A DNA stretch of 64,000 nt. Source: Sedimentisphaerales bacterium. GTDB taxonomy: Bacteria > Planctomycetota > Phycisphaerae > Sedimentisphaerales > Anaerobacaceae. Positions 40,559 through 52,300 of this stretch are shown here, in pieces. Positions within the stretch are counted from its first letter, which is position 1, and every line of letters begins with the position of its first letter. A model generated the notes under the pieces. That model had not been told where the DNA came from, searched no databases, and worked only from the letters and a program-made list of their open reading frames with translations. The position numbers were made by a program, and so were the translations under genes. The stretch is taken from positions 1,792,001 to 1,856,000 of the forward strand of contig OY970194.1 of assembly GCA_963708075.1 (NCBI GenBank), given 5' to 3'.

Positions 40559-41626
40559 TTACCTGCGATCTCCGGTGTCCAAGTTCCTACCCGAGAGTTG
40601 CTCGACGACTCTGGTGTAGACCTCTTCGAGGGTGACGTGCTGGATGGCGTGCCGGGGGTTGGGGCTTTTGATGGCCAGGCCTCTGCTGGATATGTCACGG
40701 GCGACGATGCATTCCGGCCGGTGGTAAGGACCGACCCGCAGAGGGTTGGACCAACTGAACATCATGACCAACGGTCTGCCGAGCGCAGCGGCGATATGAC
40801 CGGGGCCGGTGTCATTGCTCACCACGAGCCTGGCCACCCGAAGCACCTCCGTCAACTCGGGAAGTGACGTGCGGCCGGCGAGGTTGGCGATGGGGTGCTT
40901 TGCCAGAGCCTGGATTTGTTCGATCATCCCGCCCTCGGATTTGCTGCCCGTGGCAGCGACGGTCAAGCCATGATCCGACGCGAGCCTGTCGACCAGGGCG
41001 GCGAATCGCTCGGCGGGCCAGCATTTACTGACTTGAGCCGAGCCAGGAATAATCACCGCATAGCGGTCGAGGTTCACGCCGTGACGCGAGAGCAGATCGC
41101 GTGCGGCTGCGGCTGCGTCCGGTTTCTGGGGCAGCACGAATTCCACGCGCAGGTCGGCGCCGCCCATTGCTTCGATGAGCTTAAGGTAATAGTCAACCAC
41201 ATGGACCCATTCGAGCCGAGGTGGGATGGCCGTGGTGTAGAAATAGTGGGCCAGCTCCTTGCGCCAAATCGGGCCGAAACGCTGTTTGCAGCCGGAGAGC
41301 CAGGCCAGGGATGCGGATCGGAAAAGCCCCTGGAGGTCGAGCACGGCGTCAAAATGGCTGCGACGAAGCCTGGAAACCAGAGAGGTCAACTCCCGCAGGG
41401 CTGTCGGATGTCGCCACGCCCTACCTAGCGACTTGCGGTCGAATGGGATGATCTCATCGAGGTGCGGGTGTCCCTCAATCAGCGGGGCAAACTCCGGGCG
41501 AACCAGCCAGCTTATCCGCGCCTGTGGGAGACTTCTGCGCAGCGCCGACAGCGCCGGCAGGGCCATCACGACATCGCCCAGCGAACTGGGCTTGATCAAC
41601 AAGATATTCTTGTATGATGCGGTCAT
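40559..41626 (-). CDS. LPS heptosyltransferase (GT9, WaaC/WaaF-like)
   Basis: ILLIKPSSLGDVV, FDAVLDLQGLFRS, KCWPAERF, VSNDTGPGHIAAALG. Confidence 0.92.
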   Translation of the reverse strand: MTASYKNILLIKPSSLGDVVMALPALSALRRSLPQARISWLVRPEFAPLIEGHPHLDEIIPFDRKSLGRAWRHPTALRELTSLVSRLRRSHFDAVLDLQGLFRSASLAWLSGCKQRFGPIWRKELAHYFYTTAIPPRLEWVHVVDYYLKLIEAMGGADLRVEFVLPQKPDAAAAARDLLSRHGVNLDRYAVIIPGSAQVSKCWPAERFAALVDRLASDHGLTVAATGSKSEGGMIEQIQALAKHPIANLAGRTSLPELTEVLRVARLVVSNDTGPGHIAAALGRPLVMMFSWSNPLRVGPYHRPECIVARDISSRGLAIKSPNPRHAIQHVTLEEVYTRVVEQLSGRNLDTGDRR

Positions 41627-41635
41627 AAGTTGTGA

Positions 41636-41664
41636 ATTGTACGCGATGGCGGAGCCCAAGGCAA
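41636..41664 (-). promoter_or_regulatory. sigma70 promoter of the GT9 gene (very short leader)
   Basis: TTGCCT-N17-TACAAT ending 9 nt before ATG 41626. Confidence 0.55.
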
Positions 41665-41765
41665 TCGTTGCCGGAACTCGATACTTGCGGTCTCTAATTT
41701 CGGGCATAGAATGGTGTTTGGACATCTGTACATTCGCGCACGCTGATCTGAAGGAGTCAACGGGC

Positions 41766-42242
41766 ATGGCGGAGCAAGGTAAATACGTCTACGATTGGCC
41801 ACGGCCAATGGTTACGGCGGATGCGGCGGTCTTTGCATTTTTCGACGGCAAGCCCCGGCTGCTGCTAATCCAGCGGAAACGTGAACCCTTCCAAGATCGC
41901 TGGGCGTTGCCGGGCGGATTCGTCGAGATCGAGGAAGACCTGCCCGAGGCGGTAGCCCGCGAGCTTGCGGAGGAGACGGGGCTGACGGGTGTCCCCCTGG
42001 AGCAGCTTCGCACGTTTGGCAAGCCCGGCCGCGACCCGCGAGGACGCACGATCACAGTCGCCTACTTCGGCATCGCCGGAAAAAACCCGGAACAAGTCAA
42101 AGCCGCCGATGATGCCGCCAATGTCCAGTGGTTCGATATCGAGCACCTGCCCGCCCTGGCCTTCGACCACAATGAAATCGCCCGCTATGCCATCGAGAGA
42201 CTGAAGCAGACGCCGGAGTACCGAAAGCATGTGCGCCGGTAA
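41766..42242 (+). CDS. NUDIX hydrolase (ADP-ribose pyrophosphatase-like)
   Basis: AAGGAG RBS; WALPGGFVE...ARELAEETG Nudix box; RDPRGR, LAFDH. Confidence 0.93.
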   Translation: MAEQGKYVYDWPRPMVTADAAVFAFFDGKPRLLLIQRKREPFQDRWALPGGFVEIEEDLPEAVARELAEETGLTGVPLEQLRTFGKPGRDPRGRTITVAYFGIAGKNPEQVKAADDAANVQWFDIEHLPALAFDHNEIARYAIERLKQTPEYRKHVRR

Positions 42243-42280
42243 ACAGCCTGGGCCTGTACGACTCGCAGCACAAATGCGCG

Positions 42281-44206
42281 TTAGGGCTTGGGCTCGTTCA
42301 ACTGCTGATTGAAGTGCGCCAACTGGGCTTCGATGGAGCTGAGGGCCCAGTCGATGTAGTGGAGGTTGTGGGCCGGGCGGCGGTGACGCTCGTGCATAAG
42401 TCCCTGGCGGACGACATCGAGAAATCGGCTGATGGTCTGCCGGCCGATTTCCGTGGGCCGGGCCGCCCATTCCTTCAGTTCCTGGTAGTCGCGGGCCAGT
42501 CGCGGATCGGCCTGCATCTGCTCGGGCCGCAGGTAATCGCCCGGATTGAAACCCAACTGCAGCCCCTTGAGGCACAGGATCAGGGGCTCATAGTTCGTGC
42601 TCTTCTCCAGCCGAATGAACTTGTACTGCTGAATGTGTGTGGTGGCCTGGGCGGGTGGCCTGTCGCCGATGTCATCGCCGCCGAGATACCAGTTGCGCCG
42701 GCTGGTCCGGGCAAAGACCAACTCCTCATCGGTGGTGACCTGCGTGATCTCCCCCTGGCACAGGCGCGAGATCCAGATCCCATGCGGCCCGGGCGCTGGG
42801 CCTCCGCCGAGCGCCAGCAGGCATTTGACGAAGCCCAGAGGCAGCACCCGCTGTTCGTCGATCTGGTTTCTGCGCAACTGGAATGACAAGTGCAGGCTAT
42901 GGGGACGGACCTGGAAGAACGCGACCAACTGATTGATCAATTGGCTCAGGAGCCACGGGTCGGCAGTGGCCGGCCGCGACAGCTCGCCCGCCACGCTGAG
43001 CCGGCCCGGAGCGATCTCGAAGAACCCGCGCCGGCGGGGACGGTCCGTGTACCCGCTGTGGTCGTCAATGTAGCCGCCCAATTTCCAGCACAGCACGTCC
43101 AGGTGAAAATCATAGAAGTACCGGAAGCCGTCATAGACCGGATCCACGGCCTTCGTCGCGCTTCGCAGAGGCTCGACGGCGCCGGCGCCGACGTTGCTCA
43201 GCTCCAGCTCGCAGCCCAGCGGAACCAGTCCGGGTTGCAGGTTGGATCGAATCCGGTTCAAATGATCCTCGATCACCCGGCGTTCGAAGATGCTCTTCGA
43301 TGCCCGGACCGCGTATTTCACATAATCGATCAGATCGTGCTTTTCAAACGGCATGGCGTCGAGACCTTTCTGGATAATAGGCTCGACAATAGCGCGATTC
43401 GTGTTGATCATCTGCAGGGCCGCCAGCAGGCTGATCGTGCGGGCGAAGTACCGCTGACTGACCCGCATATGCTCCAGCTCGAACCGGTAGCGGCCCTGGA
43501 TCTGCTCGTCGAACTGATTGAGCAGCACCTGCGCGACGACCATGGCCAGGTAGTTGCGAACGTAGGGCGGGGCCTCGGGCTCCTCGTACAGGTGCTTGAT
43601 GCTGGGCCGGGGCCGATCCAGCTCGTGCTCGAGGCAGTAATCGCTGATGGCATCGCGACGATAATGGGTCATGACGAGATCTCGCTCGGTGGTCGCGAGC
43701 AGCTCGCGATCCGCCTGGCGCTCGATCTCGGCGTCGGGCGTGCGCTCGCCCGGACGGGTGCGCTTCTTCAGGAACCTGTTGATTCGCTTGCGAAGCCACA
43801 GCTCGTGAATGAGATTGACGTGGAAGCGATCGCCGAAGTGCTTTCGCATCGACTCCGCCGTGACCAGGTACGCTTGCGCTTCCACGAGCCCATGCGAGGT
43901 GTGGACTCGAACCGTGTCTCTGTCGTAGCGTTTGCCCTCGTAGCGATCGATCTCGGCCATGGCGGCCGACGAAACATCGTGGATGACGAGTCCCTCGATC
44001 CTCGACGCCGGGGCCTCTACAGCGTAGAAATAGACGTTGTCCGGACTGACCCTGCGGTAATGCGGCAGAAACGCCGGCTCGGCGAAGAGCGTCCTGCTGT
44101 CGAGCCGTGACGGCCTGCGGGTGAACGCGAAGCCGCTGACCGACTGAAAAATCCGACTGTCGCGAAGCGAGCCGTAGACGAACAGATTGACCCTCTGGTT
44201 CAGCAT
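42281..44206 (-). CDS. gamma-glutamylcyclotransferase-domain protein with large C-terminal amidoligase-like region
   Basis: LFVYGSL...IDRYEG..Y.R GGCT motif; later LGCELELSN, FFEI, HSLHLSF; start at ATG 44206 right after the GT2 stop. Confidence 0.75.
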   Translation of the reverse strand: MLNQRVNLFVYGSLRDSRIFQSVSGFAFTRRPSRLDSRTLFAEPAFLPHYRRVSPDNVYFYAVEAPASRIEGLVIHDVSSAAMAEIDRYEGKRYDRDTVRVHTSHGLVEAQAYLVTAESMRKHFGDRFHVNLIHELWLRKRINRFLKKRTRPGERTPDAEIERQADRELLATTERDLVMTHYRRDAISDYCLEHELDRPRPSIKHLYEEPEAPPYVRNYLAMVVAQVLLNQFDEQIQGRYRFELEHMRVSQRYFARTISLLAALQMINTNRAIVEPIIQKGLDAMPFEKHDLIDYVKYAVRASKSIFERRVIEDHLNRIRSNLQPGLVPLGCELELSNVGAGAVEPLRSATKAVDPVYDGFRYFYDFHLDVLCWKLGGYIDDHSGYTDRPRRRGFFEIAPGRLSVAGELSRPATADPWLLSQLINQLVAFFQVRPHSLHLSFQLRRNQIDEQRVLPLGFVKCLLALGGGPAPGPHGIWISRLCQGEITQVTTDEELVFARTSRRNWYLGGDDIGDRPPAQATTHIQQYKFIRLEKSTNYEPLILCLKGLQLGFNPGDYLRPEQMQADPRLARDYQELKEWAARPTEIGRQTISRFLDVVRQGLMHERHRRPAHNLHYIDWALSSIEAQLAHFNQQLNEPKP

Positions 44207-44208
44207 GG

Positions 44209-44940
44209 CTACTGCCCGGCCAGGATACGTTTTCGCAGTTTCAAGAGCTCGCGGAAGGCACGGACGATGACCCTGGGATTGGCGCCGGTCTGCCTCCCGG
44301 CCGTTCGCGGGTAGTGGTGCACACCCCTCTGCGTCACCTTGTAGCCCTTTCGCACGGCACGCGCCAGGATCTCCGTGGAGATCAGCGCCCCTGTGCTGTC
44401 CATCCGGATATCGTCGAAAATCGCCCGCCTGTAGAGCTTGAAAGCGCAATCCACGTCGCGGACCTTCAGTGAGAAGGCGAACCGGACCAGCGTTGTCCAG
44501 GCCCAGCCGTTGAACTTGCGGATCAGATTGTCCTGCCGATTCATCCGATAGCAACTGACGATGTCGTACTGGTTCATCAGGGGCAGCAAGGGCGGCATCT
44601 CGGCGAGGTCGAACTGGCCGTCGCCATCCGTGTAGAAGACAAACTCCTTGGCGGCCGCGCGGAACCCGGACTGCAGGGCCGCGCCGTACCCAAGGTTGTG
44701 AGGATGATGGATCGCCCGCACCCGGCCATGGCCGGCCGCGACTTCGTCCGCGATCTGCCCCGTGGCGTCGGAGCTGCCATCGTCCACAACGAGAATCTCG
44801 TAATCGGCCCTGAGCTTCTCCAAGACGTCGATCGCCTGCTCCACAACGCGGCGGACATTGCCCTGCTCGTTGTAACAAGGGAAGAAAACGGTGATCGAAA
44901 TGGGATGCGCCGGATCGGCCGGCCCGTGCTTTTCAGCCAT
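44209..44940 (-). CDS. GT2 glycosyltransferase (polyprenol-phosphate sugar synthase-like)
   Basis: FPCYNE, VDDGSSDATG, NLGYGAAL, YTDGDGQFD, DVDCAFKL. Confidence 0.92.
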   Translation of the reverse strand: MAEKHGPADPAHPISITVFFPCYNEQGNVRRVVEQAIDVLEKLRADYEILVVDDGSSDATGQIADEVAAGHGRVRAIHHPHNLGYGAALQSGFRAAAKEFVFYTDGDGQFDLAEMPPLLPLMNQYDIVSCYRMNRQDNLIRKFNGWAWTTLVRFAFSLKVRDVDCAFKLYRRAIFDDIRMDSTGALISTEILARAVRKGYKVTQRGVHHYPRTAGRQTGANPRVIVRAFRELLKLRKRILAGQ

Positions 44941-44943
44941 GCA

Positions 44944-47600
44944 TCACCACCTCTTCTTTGTCGAAAGCCTGTCCCTCTCTCGCTCGTACATCTGGCACGT
45001 GTTCCTGTGCGCCTGGGCCGCGTGGGCATCACCCCGGGCCCTCGCCACCTGCTCCAGCCGCAACAGCACCAGCCGGCCTGCTTCCAGCCGAAGATTGTAG
45101 CCATTCTGCTGCGCGTAGGTCTTCTGATTCTTCGCAAAATCCTCCGCGTACTGCGTGCATACCTGATCGATGCGTGCCACGAGCTCCGGATATCGCCCCG
45201 CGATCAGGAGCATCTCAATCACGGCGGCCGGCGAAGGCGTCTCGTTGAACGCTTTGACAATCAGTTCGAGGCCCTTTTTCCGCTGCGCGGGGTCCGCCAG
45301 CAACAAGAGATTGTGCCCCAGGGCCATGTCGCCCGAGTACGGATCCGGATACGCGGTCTGCCCGGTGAATATGCCCTCGTAGAGTCTCCTGCCCTGCGGT
45401 GTCTCGATATCGACGAAGAGCTTCTGCTTGTCGTCGAGGTAGACGACGGGCCACTCCGTATTCTTATGTTCCAGGCCCCTGACGAATGGCTTGTCAAACT
45501 GATTAGCGGGCATCAGGACGACCCAGACATTCTCTGCGCGGAGCTGCTCGCTGATCCAGTTGCCGATCTCGATGTAATCCTTTGTGGTCAGTTCCTGGCC
45601 AGTGGTGACCGCCCGTCGGACGGTGGGCCCGCCGGACATGATCTGGGTCCACAGGTCGAACGCCTTTACGTTATACGCCGCCTGCGCTCGGCCATCCATG
45701 AACAACTGCAGCGGAGTGCGCCCGGTGTTGGGGTCGGGTTCTTCGCCCCAGGCGATGAAGCCGCCCTCGGTCCAGTAGTTGAACATCTTGCCGCGCAATT
45801 GATTCATGCAGATAAACTGGGAAGCGGCGAACGGTTTGGCATCCGACGCCGTCATCCGCATGAACACCGATGCCAGCGTGGGATCGGCCGGCCAGGGATC
45901 GACGTACACATATTTGAATTGGAGACCCCACCACAGGCCAATGAACGCGACGAGCCCCGTCCCGAGGAAGGTAAGGAATGCACGTGCCCAGTCAGCCATG
46001 CGTGGGACTTCGAGCCGTTTCGACGGATCGGACACGACGACCGCGGCGATACCTCGGATCATCTGATCGGCCAACCAGGCCAGGATGGGACAGGCGGCAA
46101 ACGCGGCAATCGGGATGAACCGCCGTGACCGGATGGCCATGTAGATCGTCATCGCGGCGAGGACCAGCATAGCCAAGTCCACTTTCGGCCATGCATAGGG
46201 CTCCTCCTGGACCTTGACTCGCTTCCTGGCGGACTGATCCTTTCTGCGGGATATCCACACGAAAAGGACCACCCAGCCAACAAGGAGCAGCCAACCGAGG
46301 AGATACATCACCAGGAACGGTACCGCCGTGCCGACGGGGTTTTCCCAATCGAAGGCCCGGTGCCACTCGTGCACGTCCCGCCATCGCTCCGCATGTTTGC
46401 TGACGGAGATCTCGAACGTGTGGGTCAGGTTCGTCAGGTGGAACGGGTTGAAGATAACCATCGCCACAAAGGCGACGGCGCTGCGCCAATCGTGTGGAGG
46501 ATCGCCCGCGGCGGCATCACGTGCACGATCTTCTCCCGCAGGGGAACGACAACCGCACCGAGGAGCATGGCAAACGTGAAGACGCCCAGGTAGGAAAGCC
46601 GTGCCAGCCCGAAATCGACCAGCAGAACATCTTTCTCGCGGCTATTGAGATTGATCGGCATCGGCGGGAAGAATCGCGTCAGAAACAGCAAGAACAGGAT
46701 GCACGCCACGGCCGCGTGGAAACCAATGAGTCCGCCGTCGCTGATCTGCCTGCTTCGCGTCAGTGCAAGACTGCCTGCGACGGCCAGCAACAGCAGGTAA
46801 AAGGCCCAGTCGTGTGAGACGGCGACGGGCTTGAGGTACTCGTGGTGGAGGAATCGATTGGCCATGCCGAAGAGGGCCAGCCACATCAGGATGCTGTAAG
46901 CGGCGATCGTCCATCGCTTCGGCAGGTTCATGATCGCGTGCCAGACCACGAACGGCACGAGCATGAGAAACGCATAGATGTAACCGCCGTGGACGTTGGA
47001 CCAGAAAACCACCAGGGGCACGAGGAGCCAGATATACAGCTTGTTCCTGTAGCTGGCCAGCGCGAGCACCAGCGTGAAGACAGCAACCAGTAGATTTGAG
47101 AATCCGGCCGGACGGACGTCGTAGAACGATCTGCCGATGAACAACGCGAAACACACGAAGACCACCGCCACCGACCGGTTCACGCCATAGATTCGCGTCG
47201 TGAAGTACAGGCATACGGCGGCCAGAATGTAGATGGCGAACTTCCACAGGACAAGGGCATCGAAATACGGCTGTTGCTCGGAGCCCAGCGTGGTCGTGAG
47301 CCAGTAGAACATGACGTGCGTCAGCCAGTTTTGGTTGACCCAGCCGGTCGGATGCCAATAGCGGACGGTATCCAAGCCCACCGTATTCGTGATTGCCTGC
47401 GCCCATTTCGGCCAGGTTTTCACTTCTTCGGCCGTCGGCCCGGCCTTGTGCGAGTTGGCGCTGAATGGCTCGACGGTATCGACGCCGTGGTTGACGAAAT
47501 GCCGCCCGCAGGCCATCGCCACCCATGTATCACCGGCGGCGACCATATGCGTACAAGAGTGCAGCGCAAAAATCACCATCGCCGTCCAGCCGATAATCAT
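44944..47600 (-). CDS. large polytopic membrane protein, putative GT-C glycosyltransferase (frameshift near 46480)
   Basis: ORFs 46434..47600 and 44944..46467 join at TIGAA/AVAFVAMVIFNPF; motifs DTW...GR, RP, WSNVHGG, NP, EW, GGFIAW, FMDGRA; frame stays open upstream to about 47685. Confidence 0.7.
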
Positions 47601-47911
47601 CGGCCAGCCGGCGAATGCCCCCCGGCTCTCAGGTCCGAGAAGAAGTCCCTCAGCATTATCTGCCTGTTTCAGCTCGATGCGAAAACCTCAGGTTATCCAG
47701 CAACAAAGGATGCGACAAAAATACGCCTTTCCTCCTATATCGTCAAGAATATCCTTTTTGTTCAGCAGTACCCGCGATTGAAGGCAGATTGCCGCTACTG
47801 TTCCCTACTATGACGTTCAGGAAGCCCATCTGTATCGCTGGGTGCCAGCGGACCAACGGTTTCTTCCCGATACTGGCCGCGGAGCAGGCCGACGAATTGG
47901 AATGACGGAGA

Positions 47912-49351
47912 TCAGGATTCAGGCTCCGTCGTTTCCGAGGGCAAATCGCCGCCCCCGCCTAACGCAGCGTAAAGCCTCACCTGATTGGCGAGTCTGGCCA
48001 GACGCAGGGAAACGAGCCCCTGCTGGGCTGCATACAGAGAGCGTTGCGCGTCGAGAACGCTCAGGTAGCTGTCAATCCCCCTATCGTAACGGATAGTAGA
48101 CAGGCGGTAGGTTTCCGCAACCGCGTGGACCAGGGACTCCTGTGCCGATACCTGCTGGTCCACGGTCCCATGCACGGCCAAGGCGTCGGCCACTTCCCGG
48201 AAGGCATTTTGAATCGCGCCCTCGTATTGGGTCAGGGCAATTTCCCTCTGCACTTTCGTGACCTTAAGCGCGAGCCATGCGCGAGTATCGAAGATCGGCA
48301 TCGCCGCCTGCGGCGCATAGCTCCAGGTGCCCGAGCCGGATTCGAAGAGTCCCGACAGTTCACTGCTTGCGGTGCCGACTGCGGCGGTCAGGGAAATGCG
48401 GGGGAACAACGTTGCACGGGCGGCGCCGATGTCGGCATAGGCGGCTCTGAGCAGACTCTCGGCCGCGAGAACATCGGGCCGGCGCAGGAGCACCTCGGAC
48501 GATACGCCCGGAGAGATTTCTTCGGGAGAGGCAACGTCGTTCAACCCGGTTGGCAGTAACTCGCCCGGTGCCGAAGCGCCAAGCAGAAGGTTCAGTGCGT
48601 TCTCATCCTGCGCCACCAGTTGTACAAACCTGGCGACATCTCCGCGGGCGGTGTCCACCTGCGTCTGGGCGCGATAGAGATCCAGTTCGGGCGCCAGTCC
48701 GAGGTCATAGCTCCGCTTGACCAGATTGTAGGCGCCCTGCTGGTTCACCAGAGTGGTTTCGGCCAGGGACAGGCCCTCGTGATCGGCAGCAAGGACTAGA
48801 TACGCATTGGCGACGGAAGAGACAAGCAGAATCTGCGCACTGCGTCGCCCCTCCTCCGTGGCCAGATACTCCTCCAGAGCTCGCCGTTCCAAGTTGCGGA
48901 TGCGTCCGAAGAAGTCGAGTTCCCAGGAGAAGACGCCAAGATTGACACTGTATTGTTCCACGGTCGCGCGTTTTCCCGTGGCCGAGAGATCGGCGGGCAC
49001 GCGCTGCCTGATCCCGCCGGCAGTGGCATCGACCGTGGGCAACAGCTCGGCTCGCTGGATGCCGTACAGTGCCCGGGCCCGCTCCACATTCAGGGCGGCC
49101 AGCCGCAGGTCACGATTATTCGTCAACGCCAGCTCGATGAGCCCCTGAAGCTTCTCGTCGGAGAAGAACTCCTGCCATGCCAGTTCCGGGGCTTGCGTAG
49201 CATCCGTCGCGGTCTGGGGCTCGCGGTAAGCCTCACCGCGTGGCCATTCGGCCGGCACCGGAGCCTCGGGCTGAGCGTACCTCGGAGCCAGATTACAGCC
49301 GGCCAGGAGGATGGCAATTCCAGGCACTAAGAGAGAGATGCTCTTGTTCAT
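47912..49351 (-). CDS. RND efflux outer-membrane lipoprotein (OprM/NodT family)
   Basis: lipobox LLAGC; NNRDLR, WELDFFGR, LLRRPDV, LYAALGGG. Confidence 0.95.
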   Translation of the reverse strand: MNKSISLLVPGIAILLAGCNLAPRYAQPEAPVPAEWPRGEAYREPQTATDATQAPELAWQEFFSDEKLQGLIELALTNNRDLRLAALNVERARALYGIQRAELLPTVDATAGGIRQRVPADLSATGKRATVEQYSVNLGVFSWELDFFGRIRNLERRALEEYLATEEGRRSAQILLVSSVANAYLVLAADHEGLSLAETTLVNQQGAYNLVKRSYDLGLAPELDLYRAQTQVDTARGDVARFVQLVAQDENALNLLLGASAPGELLPTGLNDVASPEEISPGVSSEVLLRRPDVLAAESLLRAAYADIGAARATLFPRISLTAAVGTASSELSGLFESGSGTWSYAPQAAMPIFDTRAWLALKVTKVQREIALTQYEGAIQNAFREVADALAVHGTVDQQVSAQESLVHAVAETYRLSTIRYDRGIDSYLSVLDAQRSLYAAQQGLVSLRLARLANQVRLYAALGGGGDLPSETTEPES

Positions 49352-49352
49352 G

Positions 49353-52300
49353 TTATGGATTCCCAGATGGATTTGGCTCGGCGATCTCAGCCGCTTGTTG
49401 GCGGTTGCGCTTGCCAAGGGTCTTTTGGATCAACACATAGAACAGTGGTGCAAATAGGGTCACCAGGAACGTTGAGGTGATCACGCCGCCCAACACCGCA
49501 GTGCCGATGGCCTTTTGCGCGCCTGCGCCCGCCCCGTTGGCAAAGGCCAGCGGCAGAACGCCGAATCCGAAGGCCAGTGAGGTCATGACGATGGGACGCA
49601 GTCGCAGCTTTGCCCCTTCCAGAGTCGCCTCGATCAGACCCATTCCCTGCTCCACCCGCGCCTTGGCGAACTGGACGATCAGGATGGCGTTCTTGGTCGT
49701 CAAGCCCAGAGTCGTCAGCAGTCCGATCTGGAAGTAGACATCGTTGGGCAATCCGCGGAGAGTTGAGCCGATCACGCCGCCAATGGCTCCCAAAGGCAGG
49801 GCCAGAAGGATGGAGATCGGGATGGGCCAGCTCTCATAGAGAGCGGCCAGGCACAGGAAGATCACCAGGATGGAAAAGGCGTACAGCGGAGCTGCCTGAG
49901 CGCCGGCTTGCCGCTCCTGGTAGGATAGTCCTGTCCAGTCAAAGCCGACTCCCTGCGGCAGGTTCTTCACGAATCCTTCCATGGCCTGCATGGCTTCACC
50001 GGAACTTCGGCCCGGGGCCGACTCGCCCAGGACGTTGATCGAAGGAAATCCGTTGTACCGCTCCAGCTTGGGAGAGCCGGAACTCCAGTGACCGGAGGCA
50101 AAGGAAGAAAAAGGAGCCATCTTGCCCGCATTGTTGCGCACGTAGAGCTTTTCCAGATCGTTGGGCAGCATGCGATACGGTGCATCTGCCTGGACGTACA
50201 CCCTCTTGACCCGTCCGCCCTGAATGAAGTCATTGACGTACGCGCTGCCGAAGGCCGCTGAGATAGTGTTGTGAATCGAGGTGATCGGCAGGCCCAGGGC
50301 CCCGGCCTTCTCCCAGTCCACGTCAATGCGATACTGCGGCACGTCTTCCAGACCGTTGGGACGGACCTTGGCCAGTACGCGGTCCTGCATCGCCATGCCG
50401 AGGAGCTGGTTACGGGCTGCCATGAGATCAGCGTGGCCCAAGCCCCCGCGGTCCAGCAGTTGAAAATCAAATCCCTTGGCGGTACCGAGTTCAAGGACAG
50501 CCGGCGGCGCGAAGGCAAACACCATGGCGTTACGGATCTGGGAGAACGCCCCCATAGCCCTTGCGGCGACCGCGCCGACCTTCAGGTCCGGCCGTTCGCG
50601 AAGCTTCCAGTCCTTGAGCTTGACAAACGACATGCCCGCGTTCTGTCCCCGTCCGGAGAAATTGAAGCCGGAGACGGTCATGCACGATGCCACCGCATCC
50701 TTCTCTCCCTCCAGAAAATGGTTCTTCACCTGCTCCATGATCTTCTCAGTCTGCTCCAGCGTCGAGTTCGGCGGAAGCAGAACCTGCACCATGAGGATTC
50801 CCTGGTCTTCATCCGGAAGGTAAGCGGTAGGCATCTGCCGGAAGAGGTAGACCATTGCCCCCACGATCAGAACAAAGGCCAGCACGTAGCGGATTCTGTG
50901 GGCGAGCGACCGGCCGACCAATTTCAGATACTGATCTCTGGACCAGAAGAACAGGCGATCAAACCATCGAAAGAATGGCCGCAGGAGCCAAAAGCCCCCC
51001 TCGGCGGGCTCATGTCCCTTGGGTACCGGCTTAAGAAGCGATGCGCACAGCACCGGCGTCAGGATCAACGCCACCAGCACCGAAAGGAGCATCGAGGCGA
51101 TGATGGTCACGGAGAACTGGCGGTAGATGACGCCCGTGGACCCCTTGAAAAACGCCATCGGGCCGAAGACCGCCGACAGCACCAGCCCAATGCCGATCAG
51201 GGCGCTGGTGATCTGGTCCATGCTCTTACGCGTGGCCTCTTTGGGCGAGATGCCTTCCTCGCTCATGATCCGCTCGACGTTCTCCACCACGACGATGGCA
51301 TCGTCCACCAGAAGGCCGATAGCCAGCACCATGGCGAACATGGTCAGCATATTGATGGAGAAGCCGAGAATCCCCAGCACCGCAAAGGTTCCCAGGATCA
51401 CCACGGGCACCGCAATCGTCGGGATCAACGTGGCCCGCATGTTCCCCAGGAACAGATACATCACCAGGAACACCAGCAGGATCGCTTCCAGCAGAGTCTT
51501 GACGACCTCTTCGATGGCCACCTCGACAAAGGGCGTGGTGTCATAGGGATACACGATCCGCATGCCGGCGGGGAAGAACTCGCTCATCTCGTTCATCTTG
51601 GCCCGGATGGCATCGGCCGTATCCAGAGCATTGGCCCCGGCTGCCTGTCGGACCGCCAGGATGGCAGAGGGCTTGCCGTTATAGTAGGCCTGCATGTCAT
51701 AGAACTCGGTGCCCAATTCCGCCCGTCCCACGTCTTTGACCCGCACGATGGAGCCATTCGGATTGCTGCGGAGCGGGATTGAGGCGAATTCCTCGGGCGT
51801 CTTGAGCAGGCTTTGGACGATGATGGCCGCGTTGAGACGCTGGCCCGGCGCCGCAGGCATTCCGCCGAACTGGCCCGCGGATACCTCCACGTTGTAGGCC
51901 CTCATGGCCAAGATGACGTCTGCGACCGTCATCTGGTACTCGGTCAGCTTGTCGGGGTTTAGCCAGATGCGCATGGCGTACTGGCTGCCGAAAACCTCCA
52001 CCTCGCCTACCCCTGGCACTCGCGAAAGCACCTTCTCGATGTTGGATTGGGCATAGTCCCGCAAATCGTCGCCATTGAGGCTGGCGTCTTCCGAGATCAG
52101 GCCCACCATGAGCAGGTAGTTCCGGGTGGATTTGGACACCCTGATGCCTGATCGCTGCACCACCTCCGGCAGGCTGGCCATCGCGAGCTGGAGTTTGTTC
52201 TGCACCTGAGCCCACGCCAGGTCCGGATCGGTCCCCGGAGCAAAGGTCAACTCGACGCGTGCCGAGCCCGACGAATCGCTGTTCGCGGACAGGTACAGCA

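Noticed and set aside
44207..44878. 224-aa N-terminal extension of the GGCT protein
   Set aside because: Overlaps the GT2 gene in another frame; the domain begins at ATG 44206
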